From assembly GCA_027494115.1 (NCBI GenBank), contig JAOSJL010000001.1, positions 767,926 to 831,925 on the forward strand: DNA of 64,000 nucleotides. The letters are read 5' to 3'. Each line of letters opens with the position of its first letter. The stretch's first letter is position 1. The DNA comes from Acidimicrobiia bacterium. GTDB lineage: Bacteria; Actinomycetota; Acidimicrobiia; IMCC26256; JAOSJL01. Both the position numbers and the translations under genes were made by a program. Positions 20,914 through 30,546 of the stretch are shown one piece after another. Below the pieces are notes generated by a model, which was given only the letters and a program-made list of their open reading frames with translations, was not told the DNA's origin and did not search any database.

Positions 20914-21903
20914 TCAGTCCTCGACCTCGACGGCCGCCTCCTCGGCGAGACGGCGACCGGCGGGAGAGAGCACCGCTCCGAGAACGCCGGCGAGTGTGAG
21001 CAGTCCTGCGAGGATCTGAGCGGCGTTGATCGACTGACCCAGCACGACCCAGGCGGTCACGCCGGCGATCAGCGGGGTCGCGAGGCGCATGACGGGCGGG
21101 ATGTTCGCCGGAACCCAGGCCAGTGGCCACGTCATGACGAAGTGACCGATCAGTCCGGGCACGAACGCGATGCCGGCGGCGAGAAGCAGCGACTTCCCGT
21201 CGATCGAGCCCACGGTCTCGCCGGTGGCGAACACGAAGCCCGATACCGTGATCGCCGCCACCGTCATCACTCCGAACAGGAACGGCACCACGTCGATCTG
21301 TTCGCGACCCTGTTTCGAGAACATGAAGAACAGAGCGAAGAACAAGACGTTGGTCGCCGCCAGCAACATCCCTCCCAAGTCACCGTCGGGACCCGACGAT
21401 CCGGACACGACCACGAGGGCCGACCCCGCGATCGCCACACCCGACCAGAGCCGAAAGGGCACGCCCGTGCGCTCGTCGAACATCGAGACGGCGAGCACAC
21501 CGACGATGACCGGCGACAGGCTCGCCATGAGAGTGACGTCGACCACCGACGTCGCCTTGATGGCCGTCATGAACATGAGCTGGTGGATCCCGAAGGCGAC
21601 GCCCGCCTTCAGCGCCCAGGTGAGGCCGGCGCGGTCGGGGCGCCGGCCCGTGCGACGGATGTAGACGGCGGTCAGGACCCCGAAGGCCAACACACCGAAC
21701 CACAGTCGGTAGAAGGACAGCACCGGTCCGGGAACGTTCGAGGCCGAGACCATGACCGGCCCCATGCTGTAACAGAACACCCCGATGGCGACGAGGACGA
21801 GCGGCTGCCGCCGGGCGGCGGCCTGCACCCGGTGGGAGAGACCCGTAGCCACAGCGGAGTCGGCGGGGTCCATAGTGGCCATGGCCTCCAGTATGGAGTC
21901 CAC
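20914..21903 (-). CDS. EamA/DMT family transporter
   Basis: 329 aa, 10 hydrophobic segments in two EamA-like halves. Confidence 0.75.
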   Translation of the reverse strand: MDSILEAMATMDPADSAVATGLSHRVQAAARRQPLVLVAIGVFCYSMGPVMVSASNVPGPVLSFYRLWFGVLAFGVLTAVYIRRTGRRPDRAGLTWALKAGVAFGIHQLMFMTAIKATSVVDVTLMASLSPVIVGVLAVSMFDERTGVPFRLWSGVAIAGSALVVVSGSSGPDGDLGGMLLAATNVLFFALFFMFSKQGREQIDVVPFLFGVMTVAAITVSGFVFATGETVGSIDGKSLLLAAGIAFVPGLIGHFVMTWPLAWVPANIPPVMRLATPLIAGVTAWVVLGQSINAAQILAGLLTLAGVLGAVLSPAGRRLAEEAAVEVED

Positions 21904-21972
21904 GGTCCGTGGTCACCCGGGGATTCCTCCGGTGACCCTCAAGGTGCAGACACGACAGCCGATCAGGGGGTT

Positions 21973-22536
21973 GTGGCACATCTCAGCGCCCTACCGACCC
22001 TCACCGGCACACCCGGGCTGGGGCGCAACGCGCTCTGCACCGCCCGGATGCGCCTCGTCCCCTCCTCGGCCCGTCACCTCCGAGCCGACCTCGAGGGCCC
22101 GGAGACGTTGAGCCGGGAACTCGGCGCCAGCGTGTCCGACGACTGGCCGCCCGACATCGCCGCCGCGGACCGTCCAGCACTGTGCGCGATGCTCGAAGCC
22201 GACCCCGCTCTCGTCGGATGGCTCCCCTGGTACTGGGTAGCCCAGGACACGCCGACGGCGTCGCTCGTCGGCTTCGGCGGTTTTGGTGGTCGTCCCGAAG
22301 CCGGCCGTGTGGATCTCGCGTACGCGGTGGTTCCCGGTTCTCAACGCCGCGGCTACGCCACCGAGGCCGTCGGCGCTCTCGTGGCCTGGGCATTCGGGAG
22401 CGGGCGCGTGCGCCGGGTGGACGCGGAGACCCTGCCTCACCTGACGGCGTCGGTGGCCGTACTCGAGAGCAACGGTTTCTCACAGACGTCCGGAAGCACC
22501 GGCACGGGCGTCATGCACTTCTCACGCGTGGCTTAG
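21973..22536 (+). CDS. GNAT family N-acetyltransferase (RimJ/RimL-like)
   Basis: C-terminal part of ORF 21142..22536. ...VDLAYAVVPGSQRRGYATEAVGALVAWAF...VDAETLPHLTASVAVLESNGF. The rest of that ORF is antisense to the EamA gene. Start uncertain (GTG 21973 or ATG 22048). Confidence 0.7.
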   Translation: MAHLSALPTLTGTPGLGRNALCTARMRLVPSSARHLRADLEGPETLSRELGASVSDDWPPDIAAADRPALCAMLEADPALVGWLPWYWVAQDTPTASLVGFGGFGGRPEAGRVDLAYAVVPGSQRRGYATEAVGALVAWAFGSGRVRRVDAETLPHLTASVAVLESNGFSQTSGSTGTGVMHFSRVA

Positions 22537-22538
22537 TG

Positions 22539-22796
22539 CTACGCGACGAGTGAGCCGATCGCTGCCAGCATCACGACGAGACCCACGACCATGTAGACCA
22601 CGCTACGGAGCACCGGAGCCTGGGTCAGGTCCTCGTCGCTCTGGTGGGCCGAACGCTTTCCCTCGTTCCGAGCCCGTCCTGTCGCGGCGGCTCGGGCGTC
22701 GGCGCGACGACGCACGAGCGCCAGCCCGTTGCCGAGAAACAGGGCGGCGCCGAGGGCAGCGAGCAGCTGGAGCAGGAGGTCGTCGTAGAAGTCCAC
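22539..22796 (-). CDS. Small two-TM membrane protein, unknown function
   Basis: 85 aa. Hydrophobic N- and C-terminal helices flank a basic loop (RRRADARAAATGRARNEGKR). No recognisable family. Confidence 0.45.
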   Translation of the reverse strand: MDFYDDLLLQLLAALGAALFLGNGLALVRRRADARAAATGRARNEGKRSAHQSDEDLTQAPVLRSVVYMVVGLVVMLAAIGSLVA

Positions 22797-22845
22797 ACCG
22801 AAACGCTACGCCAGGATGCCCGACCCCTCCGAGTTGGGTTGTCGG

Positions 22846-23559
22846 TTACTCCAGCGGATATCCCTCCAGCAGTGTCGCGATCTGTTCGGGGGTGGCGGGA
22901 TCAACTGCCGTGGCGGTCCACGATTCGATGACGTCGGGACGGATCGACACGCGCGCCAGGACCGCGCCGTCGTCGTCGAAGCACGTTTCGGTCCGGGCGG
23001 CGATGGGGTCGACGTCGTCGGCCGCGTTGTCGGACGCGTCGTCTACTGGCACAACTTCGAAACACCGCGTGGGACGCCCGAGGATCTCGGGACCGACGGC
23101 GGTGCCGACGGTGAGGTCACCCGAGTCAGGAACCGTTCGCTCGGTGAGGCTGTCGACATCGGCAGCACTGCGCTCTGCGTAGGTGGCGACGGTTTCGGGC
23201 GGGCGGCACTCCTTGGTGCCCTCGAAGTTCGTGCAGGAGAACATCTCGGTTCCCCGCCAGTACGTGAGGCCTCTCGGCGCGGCGACGATCTGCTCGTCGG
23301 CCAGAGTGACCTCGGTCTGCGTCTCGGTGAGCACCACCTCGTCGTCCTGGAATCGCTCGTAGGCGAAGGTCGTCGCCGTACCCGGCTCGAGACTCCCCGC
23401 GTGGAGCGCCAGGAATTCCTCGCGCGCCCCGGGCTCCACGGTGACCTGCTCTCCCGACAGAGGCGACTCGAGATCTTGCGTGGTGTCGGTGTCGCCCGAC
23501 GACGTACACGCACTGAACAGAGCGACGACAACGACAACAGCGGCCGCCGACCCCTGCAC
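22846..23559 (-). CDS. Secreted lipoprotein, unknown function
   Basis: 237 aa. Signal plus lipobox AVVVVVALFSAC. Four further Cys residues. No motif I recognise. Confidence 0.55.
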   Translation of the reverse strand: MQGSAAAVVVVVALFSACTSSGDTDTTQDLESPLSGEQVTVEPGAREEFLALHAGSLEPGTATTFAYERFQDDEVVLTETQTEVTLADEQIVAAPRGLTYWRGTEMFSCTNFEGTKECRPPETVATYAERSAADVDSLTERTVPDSGDLTVGTAVGPEILGRPTRCFEVVPVDDASDNAADDVDPIAARTETCFDDDGAVLARVSIRPDVIESWTATAVDPATPEQIATLLEGYPLE

Positions 23560-23567
23560 GGACGGGC

Positions 23568-24401
23568 TCAGCGTGCCGCTGATCGGTCACGCACGGTCGT
23601 GCGCACCGCGTCCGCGATCACCGGAAAGGCCGCATCGGCCCACACCGCGTGTCCCTCCGCGTTCGGGTGGAACAGGTCCGGCGAGTAGAGGCCCGGATCG
23701 CGGAAGCGCTCCGTGCACTCCTCACGCAGCGGGGCGCGTACGACGCCATCGACCCGCTCGGCGACACGTTCGTGAACGCTGTTGGCTGCACGACACCGCT
23801 CGCCGGCAATGGCTGCCAGGGGGAATGGCAGCCGCGGACAGTCGCCGAGGTCGCCCACACCACAGAGCACGACCGCCGCGTGGTGGAGTCGCAACTCGGT
23901 GACGATCTCCTCGATCAACAACTCGACCAGGCTCATCGACGTGCCGCGTACTGCGTCGTTGGCACCGACCGACACGACCGCCACGTCACCGCGCTCGGCC
24001 GTTGCGGGCCCGACCTGGTTCTCGAACACGTCACGTGCGCGCGCTCCGCTCTTGGCGTGGTTCACGATCTCGACGCGGTAGCTCGTGGCGAGACGACGCG
24101 CGATCTGACGGATCCAGATGTCGTCGGGATCATCGAGGCCGGGCGCGGTGATACTGCTGTCGCCGAGCATCGTGATCCGTACGGGAGGAAGCTGCGGATC
24201 CCCGAACGTGCCGCTCGGGTCGAGCTCCTCGAACTCCGGAAGGTTGCGGTTGGCGACGTACCAGGCCTGGACACCGACCGCCGCCATCGCTCCGACCGCA
24301 GCAGCAGGCACTCCGAGGGCCACCGCGCGCGGCGACGCCTTGGGAAGCCGCGTGGGAAGCCGCTTCGGGAGCCGGATCGCCGGCAGACGCACGTCGTGCA
24401 T
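23568..24401 (-). CDS. SGNH/GDSL hydrolase family protein
   Basis: Block I ITMLGDSSI, block III VVSVGANDAV, block V DLFHPNAEGH. N-terminal TM/signal segment. Confidence 0.8.
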   Translation of the reverse strand: MHDVRLPAIRLPKRLPTRLPKASPRAVALGVPAAAVGAMAAVGVQAWYVANRNLPEFEELDPSGTFGDPQLPPVRITMLGDSSITAPGLDDPDDIWIRQIARRLATSYRVEIVNHAKSGARARDVFENQVGPATAERGDVAVVSVGANDAVRGTSMSLVELLIEEIVTELRLHHAAVVLCGVGDLGDCPRLPFPLAAIAGERCRAANSVHERVAERVDGVVRAPLREECTERFRDPGLYSPDLFHPNAEGHAVWADAAFPVIADAVRTTVRDRSAAR

Positions 24402-24518
24402 CCCGCCATTTTCGCAGATCCGAACAACGCGCGGACTTCATCGCCTACCGTCCGGTAGGCCCGAGACGAGGAACAGCGGCGCAGGTACCCTGCGCCGTCC
24501 GAGGCGAGGCAAGGAAGC

Positions 24519-25178
24519 ATGCGGTTGATCGTGGCGGACTGCGAAGTCGAGTACGACGGGCGGCTCGGCGCCCGTCTCGCCCGCGCGCCGCGCCTCGTGA
24601 TGTGCAAGGCCGACGGGTCCGTCGCCGTGCACTCGGACGCCAAGGCGTACAAGCCACTGAACTGGATGACACCGCCGTGCACCGTCACCGAGACCGACGA
24701 CGGCATCGTCGTACGCAACAAGCACGGTGAAGAGCTGCGGATCACGATCCACGAGGTGCTCTCCGACCACACGACGGAGTTGGGCCAGGACCCCGGCCTC
24801 GAAAAGGAAGGCGTGGAAAAGGAGCTCCAGGCGCTGATCGCCGATCGCGTGCAGCTCCTGCGGCACGACCTCGAGCTCGTCCGACGCGAGTATCCAACTG
24901 ACATCGGTCCGGTGGATCTTCTCTGCCGCGACGGCGACGGCGGGATCGTCGCTGTCGAGATCAAACGCGTCGGCGAGATCGCCGGCGTCGAACAACTCCT
25001 GCGCTACCGCGAACGCCTCGAACGTGATCCGTCCCTCGCTCCGGTGCGGGCCATGTACGTCGCACCGGAGATCAAGCCTCAGGCCAGGGTCTTCGCCGAG
25101 AGCCGCAACATCGACTGCGTGGAGGTCGACCTCGACACGCTGCGTGGCACCGACGACGGATCGCTCCGCCTCTTCTGA
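24519..25178 (+). CDS. nucS: Endonuclease NucS (EndoMS, mismatch-specific)
   Basis: 219 aa. [20 protein letters not shown]..., ...[23 protein letters not shown]..., C-terminal beta-clamp-type tail LRLF. Confidence 0.9.
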   Translation: MRLIVADCEVEYDGRLGARLARAPRLVMCKADGSVAVHSDAKAYKPLNWMTPPCTVTETDDGIVVRNKHGEELRITIHEVLSDHTTELGQDPGLEKEGVEKELQALIADRVQLLRHDLELVRREYPTDIGPVDLLCRDGDGGIVAVEIKRVGEIAGVEQLLRYRERLERDPSLAPVRAMYVAPEIKPQARVFAESRNIDCVEVDLDTLRGTDDGSLRLF

Positions 25179-25191
25179 GCTCGCCAGGGGC

Positions 25192-25440
25192 TCAGCTCAG
25201 GACCTTGGCTTTCGCCGCGGCGAACTCCTCATCGCTGAGAACGCCCTGATCGTGCAACTTGGCCAGATCCTGGAGCTTGGCGATGTCGTCGTCGCCCCCG
25301 GCCGCAGGAGGCGGTGCCTGCTGAGACTGCTGGTCGGTGGCGGCCTCGTCGCGGCGGTCCATGCGCCGGTTCATCCGACGACTGGTGCGTCGTGAGGTCC
25401 GGCGAGCTGTGCGGCGCATGCCGCGTCTCATCGGTGGCAT
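25192..25440 (-). CDS. SHOCT-domain small protein
   Basis: 82 aa. Arg-rich N-terminus, then IAKLQDLAKLHDQGVLSDEEFAAAKAKVL (SHOCT motif). Confidence 0.65.
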   Translation of the reverse strand: MPPMRRGMRRTARRTSRRTSRRMNRRMDRRDEAATDQQSQQAPPPAAGGDDDIAKLQDLAKLHDQGVLSDEEFAAAKAKVLS

Positions 25441-25477
25441 CGGGGTGCTCCTGTCTGAGCGATCGCTTGGTACGAAC

Positions 25478-26840
25478 TTAGTCGCGGGCCATGTTGGCGA
25501 ACTGGGTGAACTGGGGGATGAAGGCGAGCCGCACCGAGTCGGTGGGCCCGTTCCTGTGCTTGCCCACGATCACCTCGGCGATACCCCGGTCGTCGGACTC
25601 GGGGTTGTAGACCTCATCGCGGTAGATGAAGCACACCACATCCGCGTCCTGTTCGAGGCTGCCCGACTCCCGCAGGTCGGCGAGCACGGGGCGCTTGTCC
25701 TGGCGGTACTCGAGCTGGCGGTTGAGCTGCGAGAGCGCCATCACCGGCGTTTCGAGCTCGCGGGCGAGGATCTTGAGGCTCCTGCTCATCTCCGAGACCT
25801 CGATCTGGCGGTTCTCGGCCGAGCCGCTGCTGCTCATCAGCTGGATGTAATCGACCACGACGAGAGCAAGATCTCCGTAGCGGGCACGAATCCGCCGGGC
25901 CTTGGCGCGCATCTCCATCACGGTGCAGTGTGGGTTGTCGTCGATGAGAAGCGGTGCTTCGGCGAGGCGGCCGACGGCATGCGAGAGACGCGTCCAGTCG
26001 GCTTCGGGGATGTTCCCCGTGGCGAGCTTCTTCGAGTCGACACGCGCTTCGCTGGCGAGCAGCCGCTTGGTGAGCTCGAGGTGACCCATTTCGAGCGAGA
26101 AGAACAGCACCGGTCGCCGCTGCGTGAGCGCGACGTTGCGCGCCGCTCCGAGAGCGAGCGCGCTCTTTCCCATGCCGGGGCGCGCCGCCACGATCACGAG
26201 TGAGGAGGGTTGGAGACCCAAGAGCACGTTGTCGAGCTCTTCGTATCCGGTGGGAACGCCGGTGATGTCACCTTCGCGGTCGTAGAGGTACTCCAGCTGG
26301 TCGAGCGTGTCTTCGAGTGACGTGTGCAGGTCGACCGGGTCGGTGACACGACCACCGGCCACGTCGTAGACGAGCGATTCCGCACGGTCCAGCGTGTCGG
26401 TCACGCTGTCGGTGGACACGTAACCCATCTCGGCGATCTCTCCGCCCACCGCGATCAGGCGCCGCATCAGTGCCAGTTCACTGACGATTCCGGCGTAGTG
26501 ACCGGCGTTCGCCGACGCCGGCGTATTGGCCTGGAGAGTGACGAGGGCGGCCTTGCCGCCGATGGCATCGAGGAGCCCGACGCGACGTAGTTCCTCGGCG
26601 ATGGTGACCGGGTCGACAGGTTCACCCTGGCCGTAGAGGGCCATGATCGCCTCGAAGACGTGACCGTGCGCCGGCTTGTAGAAGTCGGAGGTGTTCAGGC
26701 GGCGCTCGCCCGCCGCCGTGATGGCGTCGCGCGACAGCAGCATCGCACCGATCAGCGACTCCTCGACCTCGAGGTTGTGGGGGAGGGGTTCGCAGCCCGT
26801 CCTCGCGGCGACGGCGCGCGTCGTCGATTGCCTGGACCAC
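25478..26840 (-). CDS. dnaB: Replicative DNA helicase DnaB (no intein); frame broken at 26779-26783
   Basis: Walker A ARPGMGKSALAL; typical DnaB N-domain PLPHNLEVEESLIGAMLLSRDAI. The first ~20 codons (GTG 26840, VVQAIDDARRRREDGLRTPP, GGGGGAG upstream) are in another frame. Removing one base from the G5 run (C5 on the coding strand) gives ...RTPPHNLEVEE. Confidence 0.88.
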
Positions 26841-26895
26841 CCTCACTCCCCCTACGGATCTGTCGGACCGGGGACTGATCCTGACACCAACACCC

Positions 26896-26980
26896 TGTGG
26901 GCTGTAAGTGGTGAAACCCCGATATTTCCGGGGATTTCCCTGTGGAAAAGTCTGCCTGTTCTCCACAGGCCGGTGGACGA
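26896..26980. promoter_or_regulatory. Cluster of DnaA-box-like 9-mers upstream of dnaB
   Basis: TTCTCCACA (26959-26967, matches TT[G/C]TCCACA). TGTGGAAAA (26941-26949, reverse complement TTTTCCACA). Weaker TGTGGGCTG (26896-26904) and GGTGGACGA (26972-26980). CCTGTGGA/TCCACAGG form an 8-bp inverted pair 15 nt apart. Confidence 0.45.
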
Positions 26981-27071
26981 CACATACCCCGAAGTCTGCA
27001 CGCCGGGTGTGACAGCCACGATGGGAACCGCCGTTCGGGCGGCCGGAACCCCCGGAACGACGCCTCCGGAG

Positions 27072-27872
27072 CTATTCGGTGAACACCGGTGGGCGGCCTT
27101 CGCGGAACGCCGCTCGGGCTTCGTCGAGATTGCCCGTGTGGCCCGCCAGGAGCTGGGTCCGGTTCTCGAGATCGATGGCCGCCGTGAGGCTCCCGGCCTC
27201 CAGGTTCGCCCACAGGACTTCCTTGGTCATCATGATGCCGAAGGGGCTGAGGCGACACATGTCGTCTGCCATGTCGAGTGCCGCCTCGACGACCTCGCCT
27301 GCGGGAAGAACCCGTGAGACGAGGCCGATCCTCTCCGCTTCGTCGGCGTCGAGCCGACGGCCTGTCAACAGAAGCTCCGCCGAGCGCGACGCTCCGATGA
27401 GTCTCGGGAGAAGGAACGTGGCACCGAGCTCGGCGGCGGTGAGCCCGTTCACGACGCCCGCTCCACAGAACACCGCCGTCTCGTCGGCAAGTCGGATGTC
27501 GGCGCCGAGCGTCATGCACATGCCGCCCCCGAAGGCGGGGCCGTTGACGGCGGCGATCACGGGCTGAGGCAGTGCACGCATCGCCGGGACCACACCCGAC
27601 ATGAAAGAGATCGCCTTCATCCCGAGACGCGCGAGCCCGAGCCCATCGCTTCCGGGGATGTCGCCGAAATCCTCGAGCTCGAGACCGGAGCAGAAACTCC
27701 TGCCCGCTCCGGTGAGCACGACGACCCAGACATCGTTGTCGTCACCCACCTCGTTGAGCGACGCGTAGAAGTCGCCCACGAGGTCGAAGCTCATGGAGTT
27801 GAGATGGTCGGGATGGTCGAGACGCACCACCGCCACATGCGGTCGCGGGCGTTCGACGGCAACGAGGCTCAC
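27072..27872 (-). CDS. Enoyl-CoA hydratase/isomerase (crotonase) family protein
   Basis: 266 aa. VVVLTGAGRSFCSGLEL oxyanion-hole region and AAVNGPAFGGGMCM motif. Confidence 0.85.
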   Translation of the reverse strand: MSLVAVERPRPHVAVVRLDHPDHLNSMSFDLVGDFYASLNEVGDDNDVWVVVLTGAGRSFCSGLELEDFGDIPGSDGLGLARLGMKAISFMSGVVPAMRALPQPVIAAVNGPAFGGGMCMTLGADIRLADETAVFCGAGVVNGLTAAELGATFLLPRLIGASRSAELLLTGRRLDADEAERIGLVSRVLPAGEVVEAALDMADDMCRLSPFGIMMTKEVLWANLEAGSLTAAIDLENRTQLLAGHTGNLDEARAAFREGRPPVFTE

Positions 27873-27932
27873 GGCGCCACCCTGATCGTGCTCAGAGACG
27901 CGCCGAGGTGCACGGCACCGACCCCGTCGGCG

Positions 27933-28379
27933 TCACTCCGCGACGACCTCGACGCTGATCACGGCCTCGACGTCGGGGTGCAGGCGGAGCCGCACCTCAG
28001 TGGTACCGAGATCCTTGATCGGCTCGTCGAGCTCGAGCTTGCGACGGTCGATCTCGACCCCGACGCGCTCGGTGAGCACGGTCGCGATCTCGGTGGTCGT
28101 GATCGAACCGAAGAGTTTGCCTTCCTCGCCGGCGCGGGCCGTGACGACGACGGGAGCCGACGCCAGACGCCCACTCAACTCTTCGGCCGCTTCGCGTTCG
28201 CGCACCTCGCGGGCCTCACGGCTACGCCGCATGGCCTCGGCCTGGCGAACCGTGCCCTTCGTGGCCACCATGGCGAACCCGCGAGGCATGAGGTAGTTGC
28301 GTGCATACCCGTCGGCGACGTCGACGAGATCGCCTTTGCGACCCAGGTGCTCGACATCATCTCGCAGGAGGACCTTCAC
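27933..28379 (-). CDS. rplI: 50S ribosomal protein L9
   Basis: 148 aa. [40 protein letters not shown] overlap with the rpsR stop. Confidence 0.92.
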   Translation of the reverse strand: MKVLLRDDVEHLGRKGDLVDVADGYARNYLMPRGFAMVATKGTVRQAEAMRRSREAREVREREAAEELSGRLASAPVVVTARAGEEGKLFGSITTTEIATVLTERVGVEIDRRKLELDEPIKDLGTTEVRLRLHPDVEAVISVEVVAE

Positions 28380-28921
28380 GACTCCTGTCCTTCCGTCCCC
28401 TGGCCCTCTGCCGCGCCGGTCGCCGCTTCTGTCGGCACCACGTCCGTGAGCTCCGCTGGAGCGTCGGTGACGGGAGCGTCGGTGACGGGAGCGTCGGTGA
28501 CGGGAGCGTCGGTGGCGGGAGCGTCGGGCGAGACCTCGTCGACAGGAACGTCGGCGCCGTCGGGCGAACCCGTGGGAGGCGGAGGCGGAGCCGACGGCGT
28601 CGGGAGTGTCTCCTCGTCACGCGAATCGCGGTCACGACGACGCTTCCCGCCGCGCTGGGTGACCTGACGCACCTGGTAGGGAAGCAACGCCATCTCGCGG
28701 GCGACACGAATGGCGCGGGCCACCTGGCGCTGCTGCCGGGCGTTGTTTCCCGTGACCCGTCGTCCGCGGATCTTGGCGCGTTCGGACATGAACCGCCGTA
28801 GCAGGTTGATGTCCTTGTAGTCGACGTAGGTGATGCTCTCGGTCGTGAGGACCGACACCTTCACCTTGCGCGGCTTCAGGTCCTTCTTCGGGGGCTGCTT
28901 GTTCTTCTTCTTACGTGCCAT
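28376..28921 (-). CDS. rpsR: 30S ribosomal protein S18 with ~100-aa acidic/Pro-rich C-terminal extension
   Basis: S18 core [53 protein letters not shown]. This is followed by ...[49 protein letters not shown]... to the stop, which overlaps the rplI start. Confidence 0.85.
   Translation of the reverse strand: MARKKKNKQPPKKDLKPRKVKVSVLTTESITYVDYKDINLLRRFMSERAKIRGRRVTGNNARQQRQVARAIRVAREMALLPYQVRQVTQRGGKRRRDRDSRDEETLPTPSAPPPPPTGSPDGADVPVDEVSPDAPATDAPVTDAPVTDAPVTDAPAELTDVVPTEAATGAAEGQGTEGQES
28458..28530. repeat. 15-nt tandem repeat (~4.5 copies) encoding the (T)DAPV pentapeptide repeats of S18
   Basis: Plus strand gagcgtcggtgacgg x3, then gagcgtcggtggcgg, then a partial copy. In frame within rpsR. 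Confidence 0.8.
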
Positions 28922-28963
28922 CGCTCGTTCCTCGTGGGTTCGGTGACCGGATAACCGGTTCCG

Positions 28964-29470
28964 CTAGAAGGGCTCTTCGCCGAAATCGTCGGTGGCGGCG
29001 CTTGCACCACCGCCACCCGTACCACCGCCACCCGTACCACCGCCACTGGGAGCACCGCCGCCGGAGTTCCCGCTACCGCCACCGCTGCCGAAATCGCCGC
29101 CGCTTCGGCGCTCGTTCTTGGTGACCTCGGCGGTGGCCCAGCGCAGGCTCGGGCCGACCTCTTCCGCGTTGATCTCGACGGTCGAGCGCTTCTCGCCCTG
29201 GTCGGTCTCCCAGGAACGCTGGTCCAGCCGGCCGGTCACGACGACCCGCGCGCCCTTCGGCAGCGACTCGGCGACGTTCTCGGCCATCTCACGCCAACAC
29301 ACGACGTTGAAGAAACTCACGGCCTCCTCCCACTCCTGGGTCTGGCGGTTCTGCCAACGCCGATTGACGGCCACACCGAAGTTCGCCTTGGCCGCACCGC
29401 TCGGCGTGAAGCGGAGCTCCGGGTCGCGGGTGATGTTCCCCACAACGGTGATCGAGTTTCCTGTTGCCAT
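28964..29470 (-). CDS. ssb: Single-stranded DNA-binding protein
   Basis: 168 aa. OB-fold N-terminus [39 protein letters not shown], Gly-rich linker, acidic tip DDFGEEPF. Confidence 0.95.
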   Translation of the reverse strand: MATGNSITVVGNITRDPELRFTPSGAAKANFGVAVNRRWQNRQTQEWEEAVSFFNVVCWREMAENVAESLPKGARVVVTGRLDQRSWETDQGEKRSTVEINAEEVGPSLRWATAEVTKNERRSGGDFGSGGGSGNSGGGAPSGGGTGGGGTGGGGASAATDDFGEEPF

Positions 29471-29548
29471 GATCAGTCCTCTCCGACGCGCCCTCGCGCG
29501 TCTGGGTGTCAGCTACTCGGCGGGGAAAGCGAGGGAAGTCGGGACCGA

Positions 29549-29881
29549 CTACTCGCCGGCCGTTGTCTGCATCGCCGCCGGAGGCCCGTAGGCCTCCTCG
29601 GGCACACGCAGGACCTTGTGCCGGATGACGTCGTCCGCGAGGGAAAGCGCCCGGTGCAGTTCGTCCATCGCGTCGGGCTCGGCCATCGCCTGGAGGACCA
29701 CGTAGTAGCCCTCCTTGCGGTGGTCGATCTCGTAGGCGAATCGACGCTTGCCCCAATAGTCGACGTACCCGAGATCCGCTCCGCGGCTCTCGAGGGTCTG
29801 ACGACGGGACTCGACGTCGGCCCGGATCTGCTCCTCATCCAGGTTCGCGTCGAAAATGACCATGACCTCGTACGGCCTCAT
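29549..29881 (-). CDS. rpsF: 30S ribosomal protein S6
   Basis: 110 aa. MRPYEVMVIFDANLDEE...WGKRRFAYEI. AAAGGAGG SD. C-terminus ...TTAGE. Confidence 0.92.
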   Translation of the reverse strand: MRPYEVMVIFDANLDEEQIRADVESRRQTLESRGADLGYVDYWGKRRFAYEIDHRKEGYYVVLQAMAEPDAMDELHRALSLADDVIRHKVLRVPEEAYGPPAAMQTTAGE

Positions 29882-29993
29882 GTGCCGTACCTCCTTTGGA
29901 CCGCCCCACCCGCAGATGGGGGTGCGGGCTCCGGTCGTCGCGGTGTCTACACCGGCGCCGGAGCAGAATCGATTGTCAGTACCGCACCCTATA

Positions 29994-30036
29994 AGTGCGT
30001 CCGTGAGGTTCGCAATGCGAACCTCACGGACGCACT
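29994..30036. terminator. 43-nt perfect palindrome (19-bp arms, 5-nt loop) between the DUF192 gene and rpsF
   Basis: AGTGCGTCCGTGAGGTTCG-caatg-CGAACCTCACGGACGCACT. Begins 14 nt after the DUF192 stop on the minus strand and is immediately followed there by TTATAGGGT, which contains a TAnnnT -10-like TAGGGT. Confidence 0.65.
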
Positions 30037-30049
30037 ACCCCCTGCCCCG

Positions 30050-30532
30050 CTAGCCCCCGAGGGATCCCTCGGGCAGCTCGCCGGCCGGCATCTCCACCGC
30101 CACGAGGAAGTCCCCTCCGGAGGGATAGCCCGGACAGGTGGCGTCCGTGCCGGTACAGGGCTCCATCTCGAGGCGATTCACGAGGTCCCCCGCTCCGTCG
30201 TAGAAACCGATGTCGAGGGAGATCAGCGTGTCCGCCATCGTGAACGTGGCCGGACCGGGCTGGGGGTACACGAACGCCATGCCGTCGTAGTCGTCGAGGT
30301 CTTCCACACCGCGCAGGCCCTGCGACCTCTGCTCGGGGGTGGCGGCCACCAGGAGCCGCAGCGGTTCGCCTCCCACCGACACACCGGCCTCGCCGAAGTC
30401 CTCGAACGGAGCATCCGCAGTGCCCGTGACCGGGAACAATCCGCTCTCGCCCGTCGGATCACTCGTGGAGTCACCGCAACCTGTGAGCGCGACCGCGAGC
30501 GCGACGGCCCCCACGGCGATCACGATGCGCAC
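30050..30532 (-). CDS. DUF192-like secreted lipoprotein
   Basis: GTG 30532 gives VRIVIAVGAVALAVALTGC (lipobox). ...LRLLVAATPEQRSQGLRGV...GMAFVY...TFTMADTLISLDIGFYD... resembles DUF192. The upstream part of raw ORF 30050..30856 overlaps panB and is discounted. Confidence 0.65.
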   Translation of the reverse strand: MRIVIAVGAVALAVALTGCGDSTSDPTGESGLFPVTGTADAPFEDFGEAGVSVGGEPLRLLVAATPEQRSQGLRGVEDLDDYDGMAFVYPQPGPATFTMADTLISLDIGFYDGAGDLVNRLEMEPCTGTDATCPGYPSGGDFLVAVEMPAGELPEGSLGG

Positions 30533-30546
30533 GGTTCGGGAGCTGC

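Noticed and set aside
28458-28530. Short tandem repeats considered as possible CRISPR or regulatory arrays: the 15-nt repeat in rpsR, the 13-nt repeat at 56717-56750, the 15-nt ETPGS-coding repeat at ~5640-5690, and the 9539-9660 units.
   Set aside because: There are no unique spacers of CRISPR size and no cas genes. The repeats are contiguous, and two of them are in frame inside coding sequence, encoding low-complexity linkers.
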